Assembly (NCBI GenBank): GCA_904063045.1
Contig: CAJFCJ010000004.1
Location: 2,287,713 to 2,351,712, forward strand
From: Dimorphilus gyrociliatus
Lineage: Eukaryota > Animalia > Annelida
DNA: 64,000 nt
Reading direction: 5' to 3'
Shown: positions 25,900 to 38,688 of the stretch, piece after piece
Layout of the letters: the number at the start of each line of letters is the position of its first letter
Position numbering within the stretch: the stretch's first letter is position 1
Notes under the pieces: model-generated
What the model was told of the DNA's origin: nothing
The model's input: the letters and a program-made list of their open reading frames with translations, nothing else
Databases searched by the model: none
Translations under genes and position numbers: made by a program

Positions 25900-26640
25900 T
25901 TGACGTTGACGTTGACGTTGACTAAATTCTTTGCTTTTAGGATTGATCGTGATGATGGGTAGGAATAAGAGAAAATGAGGAAAGGAGGGAAACTCTAACT
26001 TTTATAATGGGAAAAGTGAATTTTGCTATTGATAAGGTATGTTTATTCGTTGTTACAGGGATTATTATAAAAGGGTTGAACTACAGATAGAGACACTTTT
26101 ATTATAATATAATTTAAAATGTAGTTTATAGTGTCGTATAGTTATAGCAGGAAAAAAGTCTTTGTATCCCATGTCTTGTTTGATTAACCATCGCAAAAAT
26201 ACCATACTCATCTGACTGATAATCAGGAAACAGTCTCTTTCACAAAGATTTAAAACGTGATAAGATGGCATTATATGAATTGAATATATTGTACTTTATG
26301 TTACTTGCACATTAGTAAATCACTCTTTTCTCCATAAATTCTCATAAAGTATAATTAGTTCATCTAACGGAAGATCTAACTTGTTACCACTAGCCTATCT
26401 TTCCATGAGCCAGATATGCTAAAAGCTCCTTCATAATATAGCATTCTGCTACCTTTCTCAGCATGTTGGGTATTAAGAATAAATAGCAAGAAAATGATTC
26501 GTCCAAATTTTCGAACTTATCATGATTCATTTCATTGGGCTTATCGGTTATGATATTTGGACTTTGAGAGTTTATACACCGTAAGAAGCTATTTTGGTAC
26601 TATTACTCCATCTAGTAGTCTTCAGAGATAGCCAAAGGAA
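25900..26640 (-). mobile_element. Possible highly decayed 3' remnant of a non-LTR (LINE) retrotransposon
   Basis: Minus-strand fragments WKDRL...KLDLP, SDLLMCK and YKDFFPAITIRHY loosely resemble RT C-terminal motifs (YEERLxxLxL, GDLIxxYK, FFPRTIRxWN). A (GTCAAC)n tail-like repeat lies at 25922-25900. Many stops and frameshifts; similarity is weak. Confidence 0.3.
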
Positions 26641-26813
26641 GAGTTAACAAAAATCACTTTAGCAACTAGGTGCGCCACTGTCAAAATATTTTTACTTAAC
26701 TAATAGTTCTCTTAAATGAATGAGCCTGACCGGTATTTCTATTCCAGACAAATACAGTTTTTATACAAACCGTCATTTAACTCAATACAAAGAACTTACA
26801 CTAATCAAGAATT

Positions 26814-28617
26814 ATGAAAATTTTAGTATTTTTCGCTTTGTTGGTTGCATGCCTCAAAGCTAAAAAATTTCTTTTATTAACGAATCAGATGCCATCCCAT
26901 ACGATGATGGTATGGAGTATAGGATCAGAATTAGCCGAAGAAGGACATGACGTAAGTTTTTAGTATTATTACTATTATTCCGTGAACGCTCTATCTATCT
27001 CCAAAAGTCTTTGTAAATGATTAAAGTTTCGTCGTTACATAAATTTAAAGTTTTATTAAAACTTTATTAATATCTCTGTTATTTAACTTATTGTATATTT
27101 ATTTATACAGGTTGTTGCAATAACCAAAAAAGACTTTGAAGCGAACAAATTAAAGCATTTCGAAAAGAATATTAAGGTTAAGAAAAAGAAACATGACAAT
27201 ATATCTATTTTAATTAAAGAGTATCTACCGATTTATTTAGACTTGGCAATTTGAACCAATTAAAGGTCCTTTCGCTAATGAACGTGAAGCTGAAAAAAAG
27301 TTTTTTGACTTTCTTTTTCAAGAAGTTTTAGCTGGAAAAAGACCACCAATAAACCCAAATATTGTTCAGGGTTTATACAATGAAACTATAGCTATTGTTG
27401 AAAATAAAGAATTAATGAACAAGATAAGAGATTATAAATTTGATGGTGCAATTTTGGATGGATTTGTCCTCGCTAGATTTTTTGCTGTTATTCCTTATCA
27501 TTTTGGAATTCCTATTTTTACTGTTACAGACATGTTAATGGATCCAGCAATACAAATAGCTTCGCTACCATCTCACATTCCTCATTTACTTACTCCCTTT
27601 ACAGAAAGAATGTCCTTTACTGAAAGATTATTAAATTTTGTCTCAGTTTCTGTAATATGTAATCCAACTACTCGAAAAATGGTAATTCCTCAGATGCCTA
27701 CAGATTATCTATTCAAGAAATTTGTTAGAGATGATAAGATTAAACACTGGGATGATTTAATAGCAAAATCGGAATTATTTATTATAACTCGAAATCATAT
27801 GCTTGAATATCCTGCACCGACTTGGCCAAATACTATTACAACACATAGTTTAACTGTCAGACCCTTTAAACCTTTAACTGAAAAATTTGAAAAGATGGTA
27901 TTAAAACATCCAGATAAAAAACTTGTTTTTGTTAGTTTTGGATCACATGGAGATTTGATACCTTCTTCATTTTCAATGAAATTGCTCGAAGCATTTGGTT
28001 CCTTCAATGATGTTCATTTCATTTGGTCATATCGCTTACTAGAAAGTGATGCTGAAAAAGTTCCATCCAATGTAGATATCGTTCCGTGGGCACCTCAAAA
28101 CGATTTACTCGGTCACGATAGAGTATCAGCATTTATCACTCATGGTGGTCAAAATGGACAATCCGAGAGTGTTTATCACGGAAAACCAATGCTATGCATA
28201 CCATTATTCGCCGAACAACCTCATAATGCTGTTCGAATTGCTTATCGAAAATATGGTAAATATCTATTCCCCCATGAACTTACAACAGAGAAATTACAAT
28301 TATTGTTAAGAGAAGTTCTAAATAACGATGTATACGCTAAAAATGTGAGAAGAGCCAGCGAAATTATAAAATCCCAGCTTGTTCCGGATATAAAAAGAGT
28401 TACACACGAAATATTAACTATTACTGAACACGGTAGTTCCCATCTTAAGAGTTATGGACAGTCTATGCCATTTTATCAATACTTTTCATTAGATATTATA
28501 TCTTTTATATTCTTTGTTATTTTAATTGTGTTATCTTTCATTTCATTTGTTCTTTGTTACGCTTTTAGAAAACTAAAACGCTATTGTTTTTCAACCAATA
28601 AAGAAAAGGTTCAATGA
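26814..28617 (+). CDS. UDP-glycosyltransferase (UGT-A), 526 aa, ER membrane type
   Basis: Exons 26814-26951, 27111-27176, 27241-28617. Signal peptide, catalytic His (NQMPSH), UGT signature WAPQNDLLGH...FITHGG...ESVYHGKPMLCIPLFAEQ, C-terminal TM helix and KEKVQ ER-retrieval tail. Confidence 0.93.
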
Positions 28618-29628
28618 TTGAAAATTAAATTAAAAATACAAAATTATGGAATCATTTAATAGAAATGAGATGGATATTGATTGTAAAATATTATCTTCAA
28701 CAATTATATAATAGAAAGCATCTGAATTATTTTTGACTATTGCTACTTTAATTTTGCAGTTGTAACCTTAATAATTTATTGCTATCAATTCGTATGACGA
28801 AAAAAGTCATAATCAGCAGCAATAAATAGATAGTTGAACACAAACTATATTCACTAAAAGAATGTTTATTGTTCAAATTTTTTTGAACATTTCTTAACAG
28901 AGATGAAAGCAAATATCAGTTATCTTTTCGATTTATTTCTCAATCCATAAATGTTTACCTTAAATAAAAGAAAGAAAGAACAAATTGTTGATTAAAAATA
29001 AATCAATAGATATGGACTAAAAAGAGAACTATTCAATAAGTTTGCATATATTATTCCCAACTGAACGATAGGCTTTTTTAATATTCTATTGCGGTTTGAA
29101 TATGACAAGTAGTTTTATTACTGTAAGAAATTCTTTTCAATTTTAGTAATAATGATTTAATTCTTTAAATCTTACATAAAATCAGCTAAAGAGTGTTGGG
29201 TTTCACTTAATAATATCATTTTTTGGAATAATGAAGCCCTATTTATACAGTATACAACTGTAGACTTGTGAACTATTAAACAAGTATGAGTCATTTTTTT
29301 CAGAACAAATCGAACACAAACAATGTCTCTTTGATTGAGTTTCTAACACTTGTCGTTTTTTTTACAAATACGCCATCTACCCGATTTGGTCTAAGTGTAA
29401 GTAAATTATAGCGAAAATAATCATAAAGTAGAGGGCGACATTGAAAATTTTGAAAACTCAAAAAATTTTCATTCTCTCTGTAGTAGAAAATATTTCAAAC
29501 ATTGAATACTAAGACTACCACCACAATTTAGTCTAACTTATGTGTATAAACCACTGTGAGCGATATACACACATTTCTAACTGTCCGGCGAAGGTTAAAT
29601 AGATTTCGGTTTAAACCAAAAAGAAAAT

Positions 29629-31356
29629 ATGAAAATTGCAATACTTTTTGTAATGATAATATCATGCTTCGAAGCTAAAAGATTTCTTTTGCTTACGAAT
29701 CAAATGCCATCTCACGCTATGATGGTTTGGAGTATTGGATCTGTTTTGGGTGTAGAAGGACATGATGTAACTTTTTATTATTCTTATTATTAATAGACGT
29801 AGTATCCTTATTCTATTATTCTAATTCTATAGGTCTAACACCATCATTTATATTTATTCAGGTTGTTGCAATAACAAAAACAAATTTTGAAAGAAATAAG
29901 TTAAAGCATTTTGAAAAGAATATTAAGGTAAATAAAGAATTGTCTTAATTCAACATCTTACGATTATTTTTACAATTAGGTATGGGAATATGAACCAATT
30001 GAAAGCTATTTCGATAAAACAGGCGGAATGAAGGAACTTGTTATTAAGGAAGCTTTAGAAAGAACCATAGCTGGAAAACAACCAAAATTGAGACCCGATA
30101 TGCTTGAATACATATACAATGAAACTGTAGCTATGGTAGATAACATAGAATTAATGAACAAAATCAGAGATTATAAATTTGATGGAGCAATTTTAGATGG
30201 ATTCTTTATAGCTAGATTTTTTGCTATCATTCCTCATCACTTTCGAATTCCTATTTTTACTGTTACAGACTCTTTAACAGATCCTGTCATTCAGCCAGTC
30301 TCACTACCTTCTTACACTCCTAGTTTATTTTTGCCCTGTAGTGAACAAATGTCTTTTACTGAGAGACTATTGAACTTCGCTTTAACTGTTCTACTACGTA
30401 CTCAAATTATGCGAAATATGATGTTTCCTCAGATCCCTACCGACAACCTTTTCAAAAAATATGTTGCAGATGACAAGATTAAACACTGGGATGATTTAGT
30501 GAAAGAATCAGAACTATTTATTGTATCTCGAAATCATATGCTTGAATACCCTGCACCGATTTGGCCTAATACTCTTCTGGCTCACAGTTTAACTGTCAGA
30601 TCCCCAAAACCTTTAACTGAAAAATTTGAAAAAATGGTATTAAAACATCCAGATAAAAAACTTGTTTTTGTTAGTTTTGGGTCACATGGAGATTTGATAC
30701 CTTCTTCATTTTCAATGAAATTGCTCGAAGTATTTGGTTCCTTCAATGATGTTCATTTCATTTGGTCATATCGCTTACTAGAAAGTGATGCTGAAAAAGT
30801 TCCATCCAATGTAGATATCGTTCCGTGGGCACCTCAAAACGATTTACTCGGTCATGATAGAGTATCAGCATTTATCACTCATGGTGGTCAAAATGGACAA
30901 TCCGAGAGTGTTTATCACGGAAAACCAATGCTATGCATACCATTATTCGCCGAACAACCTCATAATGCTGTTCGAATTGCTTATCGAAAATATGGTAAAT
31001 ATCTATTCCCCCATGAACTTACAACAGAGAAATTACAATTATTGTTAAGAGAAGTTCTAAATAATGATGTATACGCTAAAAATGTGAGAAGAGCCAGCGA
31101 AATTATAAAATCCCAGCTTGTTCCGGATATAAAAAGAGTTACACACGAAATATTAACTATTACTGAACACGGTAGTTCCCATCTTAAGAGTTATGGACAG
31201 TCTATGCAATTTTATCAATACTTTTCGTTAGATATTATATCTTTTATATTCTTTGTTATTTTAATTGTGTTATCTTTCATTTCATTTGTTCTTTGTTACG
31301 CTTTTAGAAAACTGAAACGCTATTGTTTTTCAACCAATAAGGAAAAGGTTCAATAG
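29629..31356 (+). CDS. UDP-glycosyltransferase (UGT-B), 526 aa
   Basis: Exons 29629-29766, 29862-29927, 29980-31356: same sizes (138/66/1377) and phases as UGT-A. Full signature, TM and KEKVQ tail. Confidence 0.93.
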
Positions 31357-31792
31357 TTTCATCTCCAGATAATTAATTGCTATGCAAATGTGTTATATTA
31401 GAAATATTGTTGAAAATATAATAGCTTTATTAAAACAGAAAGTGTTTATTTATTATATATTTATTAAAATTGTGAACTTTGAAGGCTTTTATTCAAATAT
31501 AGTTTTGTAAAATAAACTTCATTTAGGTCCTTAATAGGTTGATTTAAGCCTCTAACTATATATATTATATTTAAATTTACTCCATAGTCAAATACAGATA
31601 TAGTATAAAATAACTGTTCAAGTCACAAGAAATTTTTGCTAAATACCAATAGCATTTAACTTCTGTTGTTACAAAACCTTTATTTTAAAGTAAGAAACTA
31701 AAAGGCTTTTGTCTGTAGCTGTTACAGATAACAAACAGATATATTAACGTTTCTTTCTAGAAAGCCTAATATTTTTACAAATATTATTAACA

Positions 31793-31975
31793 TGACTCAT
31801 TCTTTCAGGACATATGGGTGAGACATAGTTCACTCTTGAACTTTGTTTCTAACGGACAAAGGTTTTATACTAAAACAACATCTCTTGGTTATCAGAAGAA
31901 TTAAAGGAAAGAATCAAAAAAATATAGAATTTAAAACTGGGTGCAGCATTGTTCCAAAAATGTGATTTATTTTCA
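31793..31975 (+). repeat. ~180-bp diverged direct repeat, copy 1 (copy 2 at 32797-32978, upstream of UGT-C)
   Basis: Both copies start TGACTCATTCTTTCAGGACATAT and share GACGGACAAAG/AACGGACAAAG, CATCTCTTGGT and AACTGGGTGCAGCA at a constant 1004-nt offset. Confidence 0.85.
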
Positions 31976-31984
31976 AAACATCAC

Positions 31985-32504
31985 TCTATTAATGTTTCAT
32001 CTTACATAGACATCGTTTCATGGGTGCAACAAAAGGATTTACGCGGAAATGATAGAATGTCAGTATTTATCACTCGTGGAGAAAGCAATAGATAATTCGA
32101 GAGTGTTTATCATGGAAAACCAATGTTATGCATACTCTTATTAGCCCAATATCTTTATAAAGCCATTCGAATTGCCTATCGGAAGCATGTTAAATATCTT
32201 TTCCTCATGGAACTTCCAAAGGAGAAATTACACAGTTTGTTAAGTTCTAAATAATGATATATTTATTAGAAAATGTGAGAAGATAAATGAAGCATGAAAT
32301 AGTAACTATTACTGAACATGGTAGTTCCCATCTTAAGAGTTATGGATAGTATATGCAATTTTATAAATATTCTTCAATAGTTATATTAATATTTATAATT
32401 TGGGTATCAATATCCGCTGTAACCATCTTGTTGTTAGCATTGCATTTTGCTTATAACCAAAATTAAATACTGTTTTATTTCAGACAAAGAAGAAGGTTGA
32501 ATGA
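31985..32504 (+). pseudogene. UGT pseudogene: 3'-terminal fragment of a UGT-C-like duplicate
   Basis: Reads SINVSSYIDIVSWVQQKDLRGNDRMSVFITRGESNR*FESVYHGKPMLC, with stops and frameshifts, and ends AAGAAGGTTGAATGA like UGT-C. The 3' flank (to ~32760) resembles the UGT-C 3' flank. Confidence 0.85.
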
Positions 32505-33130
32505 TTGATTTATTTTGTTTTTAGTATCTTAAACATTGTAATGTTAATCTTTTTATTAAATGTTGTTGTACAACTTGTTTCACATAACAGACATTAATAA
32601 ACTACATGTCTTTTGTATACATTGAGAAAGTATAATCTTTATGTTTATATTATCTTATCTTTATAAAAGTGTTACTGTATTAAGTTTATTATAATCACTA
32701 TTGAAAAACTGCTTTTCACTGTGAAATATATAAATTCATATCTTTATATTATCTCTATACTTTTTAAATTTAAAATTTCTGGAAACTCTAAATAATTGAC
32801 TCATTCTTTCAGGACATATCGGTGAGACTCAGGTTACCCTCGTATTTATTCTCTGACGGACAAAGTTTTGCACACTAACACGCCATCTCTTGGTCATCTG
32901 AAGAATTTACAGAAATAGTTAACAAAATTACATTTTGAAACTGGGTGCAGCACTGTCGCAAAATTGTGACCTATCTTCGAAGTGAACATTCCCTTCATTG
33001 AAACAAGACTTGACAAGGTGGCGCTAAAGTCAAATTTCAAATATATAAATATATGTATATATAAAGTGGAAAATAAATTCAAATTAGTCTGAAAGGAAAC
33101 TAATAAAGAGCTTCTGCATTTAAAAGAATT

Positions 33131-34844
33131 ATGAAAGTTGTAATATATTTCGTCTTAATGATAGCTTGCCTCGAAGCTAAAAAGTTTTTATTGCTAACAA
33201 ATCAAATACCCTCGCATACTATGCTGGTTTGGAGTATTGGATCAAGCTTAGCTGAAGAAGGACATGATGTTAGTTTTATTTTTCCTATTATTGCGATACT
33301 TAGCAATCTAATCATAGAGATATTATATTTTAATCTTTTTTATAAAGGTTATTGCCTTAACTAAAACAAACTTTGAAACGAAAAAGTTAAAACATTTTGA
33401 AAAGAACATCAAGGTAAATAATCATCTATATTTTTAATATAATCGCTAATAATACCAATATATTTAGACTTGGCAATATCAACCAATTGAAAGCTATTTT
33501 GACCAATTTCGCGGAATGGAAAAACAGCTTTTGCAGTCGGGAATTAAACGAGCGTTGAAAGGACAACCGCCAGAGATGAGGGCAGACATGATTGAATATT
33601 TGTACAATGAGACTATAGCTATTGTTGAAAACAAAGAATTAATGAACAAGATAAGAGATTATAAATTTGATGGTGCAATTTTGGATGGATTTCTCCTCGC
33701 TAGATTTTTCGTAATCATTCCTTATCATTTTGGAATTCCTATTTTCACTGTTACTGAATCACAAATAGATCCCGTGTTTCAACCAATTTCGCTACCTTCC
33801 TACATTCCTCATTTGTTGTCTCCGTTTACAGAAATAATGTCTTTTACTGAAAGATTATCGAACTTTTTTACATATATTGTACTATTCAATCCCACCCTTC
33901 GAAATTTGATAATTCCTCAGATGCCTACAGATTATCTGTTCAAGAAATTTGTTAGAGACGATAAGATTAAACATTGGGATGATTTAATAGCAAAGTCGGA
34001 ATTGTTTATTATAACTCGAAATCACATGCTTGAATATGCTGCACCGACTTGGCCAAATGCTGTTGTTGTGCACAGTATAACTGTAAGACCTTCTAAGCCT
34101 TTGTCAGAAAATTTCGAAAAACTAGTATCCAAACATCCAGATAAGAAAATTGTATATGTTAGTTTTGGATCTCATGGTGATTTATTACCCGTTTCGATTT
34201 CATTACAATTACTCGAGGCCTTTAGGTCTATGGATGACATTCATTTTATTTGGTCATATCGTTTTCCGGAAAATGAAAGTATTAATTTTCCATCTAATGT
34301 AGATATTGTTCCGTGGGCACCACAAAACGATTTACTCGGTCACGATAGAGTATCAGTATTTATCACTCATGGAGGAAACAATGGACAATCCGAGAGTGTC
34401 TATCACGGAAAACCAATGCTATGTATTCCCTTATTTGCAGAACAACCTCATAATGCTGTTCGAATTGCCTATCGAAAATATGGCAAATATCTTTTCCTCC
34501 ATCATTTTTCAAAAGAGAAATTACAATTTTTGCTAAGAGAAGTTCTAAATAACAATGTATATGCTAAAAATGTGAGAAGAGCTAGCGAAATTATAAAATC
34601 CCAGCTTGTTCCGGATATTAAGAGAATTACACATGAAATAGTAACTGTTACAAAATATGGTAGTTCCCATCTTAAGAGTTATGGACAGTCTATGCCATTT
34701 TATCAATATTTTTCATTAGATATGTTAATATTTTTAGTGTGGGCCTCAATATCTGCTCTAATAGTCTTTTCATTAGTTTCCTATTACGCATATAAGAAAT
34801 TGAAGAGTTTTTTTATTTCATGTATGAAGAAGAAGGTTGAATAA
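33131..34844 (+). CDS. UDP-glycosyltransferase (UGT-C), 526 aa
   Basis: Exons 33131-33268, 33348-33413, 33468-34844 (138/66/1377). Full UGT signature, TM helix, KKKVE di-lysine tail. Confidence 0.93.
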
Positions 34845-35959
34845 CTATAAATTTATTGTTTATTTGTATTTTAAACATTTGCAATGTTAATCCTTTCACT
34901 AAACATCTCGTATCGTATAGAGTAGTCTTATGGAAGTCACATTAATAAGCTACATTTCTCAAAGCAATAAAAAGCTTCATATTTTGTATATAGATTTTTA
35001 TGCAGTATATTTGTAAAATAAAATATTTACTCTTATAAATCCGTCTTAATATGTTTACATTATCTTATCTTTTATATTTAAAAGGCGTCACTCTTTTAAG
35101 TTTATTATAATCACTTATTATAATATATATTATAAAAGATTGTCTTCCACTCTAAAATATATACAGTATATATATCTTTTTATTATCTTTTTTTCTTTCA
35201 GTCTCTCTTTCTCGTTCTCTCCTTGTCTTTATTTGTTTGTCTCTGTGTCTTCTTGTCTGTCTCCCTCCGTTCAGCTATCTATCTTTTATCTATTTAGTCT
35301 GGTTATTTAATTTATTTCGTAAAGAATAATAGTAGACAGACGTAATTCTTAAAAAAATTAGAATTTAAAGATAAAATAGGAACCCTTAAATATACCGTGA
35401 ACTTTGTAATATAAGTATAATGATATAAACTTGGTAGGGAATTTATCGCTTGACATTGGAAGGTTCTACTTCAATCTTCAATTTATGCTTCAGCCGTCAG
35501 CTAAAGTGAAATCTTGCCTTTTCTGTTTCTTTGATTTGGGTTTTTAACATAGTGAAATGTTTTTTTCATTCTCTCTACGGTACTCATCCATACAAGAGCT
35601 ACTTTAAATATATGTATACAGTATATATTCTAGTTATCACTAGCAGAACAAAGGTGCATACTTGTTTATCAAAACTATACGTTTGTATTTATATTATTAC
35701 ATGAACCTCCATTGGTAAACTGGTAAAAGCTACCAATAGAGAGCATATTACAACCTAAACATTACTGATATATCTCAAATGTATATTAAATTTGACAGGT
35801 TTTAACGCTGTTTTGTAGAGGTTAAGAATCAATTACAATTAATTAATTAGGCTAATAATTTATATTAATACCAAAAATAATATAAACTAACATTTTTATC
35901 AATAATAGTATTTATTAATTAAACTAAATGAAGTTCTTTGATCAATATTCCTTCGTTTC

Positions 35960-37300
35960 AAGTTGAAGGTTTTTAAGAAGAACATTCAGATCGTTGAACA
36001 AAAAAATAATGATGTATAAATTATGGAAAATAACAGTTTTCAATTTCTTTCTCCCCTTCACTTTTAAGGCGTGGCATTCGGATTCCCTGAGAAAAGATGG
36101 AGGCTATCAGCTGAACGAATATTTTGACTGGAAATGAAAAGCTAGTTGACAATGCTCTAAAAGAAAAAAAAACCATGACAATACAGACGATTTTGCAGAG
36201 TATCCTTATAACGATACTGCTGCCATTGTAAATGATAAAGTACTCATGAATAAGATAAAGAATTAGAATTTCGACTTGGCTATTGTTGATAGTTCTTTAT
36301 ACGCATCATTTCAACTTTCCATATGTCACTGTTTCAGGAACCTCTCTCGATCTCATGATAAAACCTGTTGTAAATGTCAGTTATTGTTATGAGTATATAA
36401 AAGAGGCTTGCAGTTCCATACCTGCTGAGAAGAAAGGTATTAGAGAAATATAGATTGAGCGAAGAGCGAAGACATAAAAGATTATGACGATATTACATTT
36501 AAAGCCAGTCCCTTTATTGTTGCTGGAAACTCTTTGCTTGAGTATCCTTTACAACTTTGACCTAATGTTTTGACTATTCATTTAACAACGCCTGAGCCGG
36601 TAAAACCTTTACCAGTGAATTAGAATATGCTGTTGACTAGATATTTGAAGAAGATAGCTTACGTTAGCTGTGCTTAAATAGGGGAATGATTACCGATCTC
36701 TATTTCTAGGAATTTCTTAGTTCCTCTGATTTAAATACTTTAAGCATTCTTTTTTTCGTCTTTCTGATTATCCAAGAGTAACAACTTTGCAATTCGGAAG
36801 ATGTCGAAATTCCATCTTGGACGCCTTAAAATGACCTATTGGGAGATGATAGGATAAATATGTTTATTACACACGGTGGACATCGAAGTCAAACAGAAGC
36901 CTTCATCACGGAAAACCAATGCTATGCATACCTATTTTGGCTGAATAATCTCACAACAGTGTTCGAATAAGTTATCATAAATATGGCAATTTTTTTTTAC
37001 CGATAATGAAACCAAACGCTGATAGTTTAAAAGAGTGCGATTAACGATGTCTTAGAAAATCGCGAATATAAAGAAATATCAGAAAAATCGATTAAAATAT
37101 TAAAATCTAAAAGAATCTCCAATATACGAAAGACTGGAGGACTGTGAAGATCATTTATGCAGCTATTGACAATGTATACCTTTCTACCGAATCGCTTTAG
37201 TTGATGAGATGTTTTTGGCTTTCATTAACAACATTTGTTTTTACAATATATTTCATTTTGAATTGAACAGAGAGTTTTGGATTTTAGCTTATTAATATTA
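35960..37300 (+). pseudogene. Older, more divergent UGT pseudogene
   Basis: Collinear UGT fragments KLKVFKKNIQ, LMNKIKN*NFDLAIVD, LLEYPLQL*PN, SWTP*NDLLGDDRINMFITHGG...HHGKPMLCIPILAE*SHN and PFYRIALVD, with multiple TAA/TAG/TGA stops. Boundaries approximate. Confidence 0.8.
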
Positions 37301-38688
37301 TCTTTATTATAAGCAATAATTTCACCATACTCTGAATAAATAAATTTACAAATGCTATTTTTAGAGCGTCCAAATGTCCTTGAAATGTCTTTCTAGTCTA
37401 CACTGAAATTTTCTTGGAAATATCTCTAAAGAGAGAAGTTGAATAAGGAAATCCAAAAGAATTTTATAGAATTGAATAGCTATCGCTTATATGTTGTAAA
37501 AGTGTATAAAAGATAAAACGTTTATAGCAATTTATATAGTTGAAATGAAGGATATGTTAAGAAGAAGTTAAAATGTACTTTCATATAAAGTACTATAAAA
37601 TTTCTAAGACGAGCATCTAATGTATTTAGAAAAGAAAACTTTACGCGTTGGATATTAATTAGTTAAGATCTAAATTGAAATACTTTTGGCTTTAAAGACT
37701 ATTAAGTTTATTGTCTTTAATGAAAAATAACTTAGCTAATAGTTGTAGGTGTTTTTTTTGTCTAAAAATGGAATTTTTTTTCTATTTATTTTTCGAGTGA
37801 AAAACACTGTTAATAAGATAGAAAATAGGAAAAATCATGTTCGAAAGAGGACATTTTTCACTCACTAAAACATTCTATAATATTGATTTAAATACAGTAA
37901 ATGTAGAAAAAGTGTACTTGTACATTGTAACATTATACTGTATATAATGTATAATTAGTCAACAATATGGTCTTATTTTAGATTTTTCTATGATGCACTT
38001 GTATTTCTTTTATAACAAATTTAATATATTTTAATGAAAGATATTTGCAATTTTTTGAAGTTGACACAAACAGTGTATGTATATGTATTTTAATTTGATA
38101 ATTTGATATCTATTAATAAGAACTAGACACATTTTCAGCAACTAATTAGCAAAAGTATGAGAGACAGAATGTTTTGACTTACCTGTTTAATCTTTAATCG
38201 TATTAAGTAACTTTGTGTTACTTTTATTAAAAATATAATATATAGTATAGTAAATTAACATAATTCATTTTTAACTCGTGTTATTCTTTAATTTCTTCAT
38301 TCCTTTTCAAGCACCAAAGTCATCAACCTTTAGAGACTAATTTTCGTTATTCTTTTATGTTTGTTTTTTTATCAAATCATTCTTCATTCTCTATTCTATC
38401 GCTTATAGCTGTTATTATTTATGTTTACAGATTTAGTCGTTATGATTGGGGGAGATGTGGGAGAGGGAAAAAAAATACTGTTTTCTGCTGTTAAATATTA
38501 CTGCAGAACATAGAAATGATCTGTACTAGAGATGTTTTTCCATCATCTTCTTTCCATATTTCTCTTAAAGTAATAGTAAATAGTCGAACAAAAACTGTTG
38601 TTATTATTATATGCTGTACAGTTTATAGATATATATATATTTGTCTTTGATAATAACTAAACATACGCTTTTTTAAAAGACAAAACTA

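Noticed and set aside
26814-34844. UGT1A-style alternative first exons spliced to one shared 3' exon
   Set aside because: Each gene has its own complete 3' half, and the N/C boundary lies inside an exon with no splice site. Sharing is by sequence homogenisation, not splicing.
35960-37300. Stop-codon readthrough, selenocysteine or an alternative genetic code rescuing the last UGT copy
   Set aside because: All three stop types occur, together with frameshifts, while neighbouring genes use the standard code. Ordinary pseudogenisation explains it.
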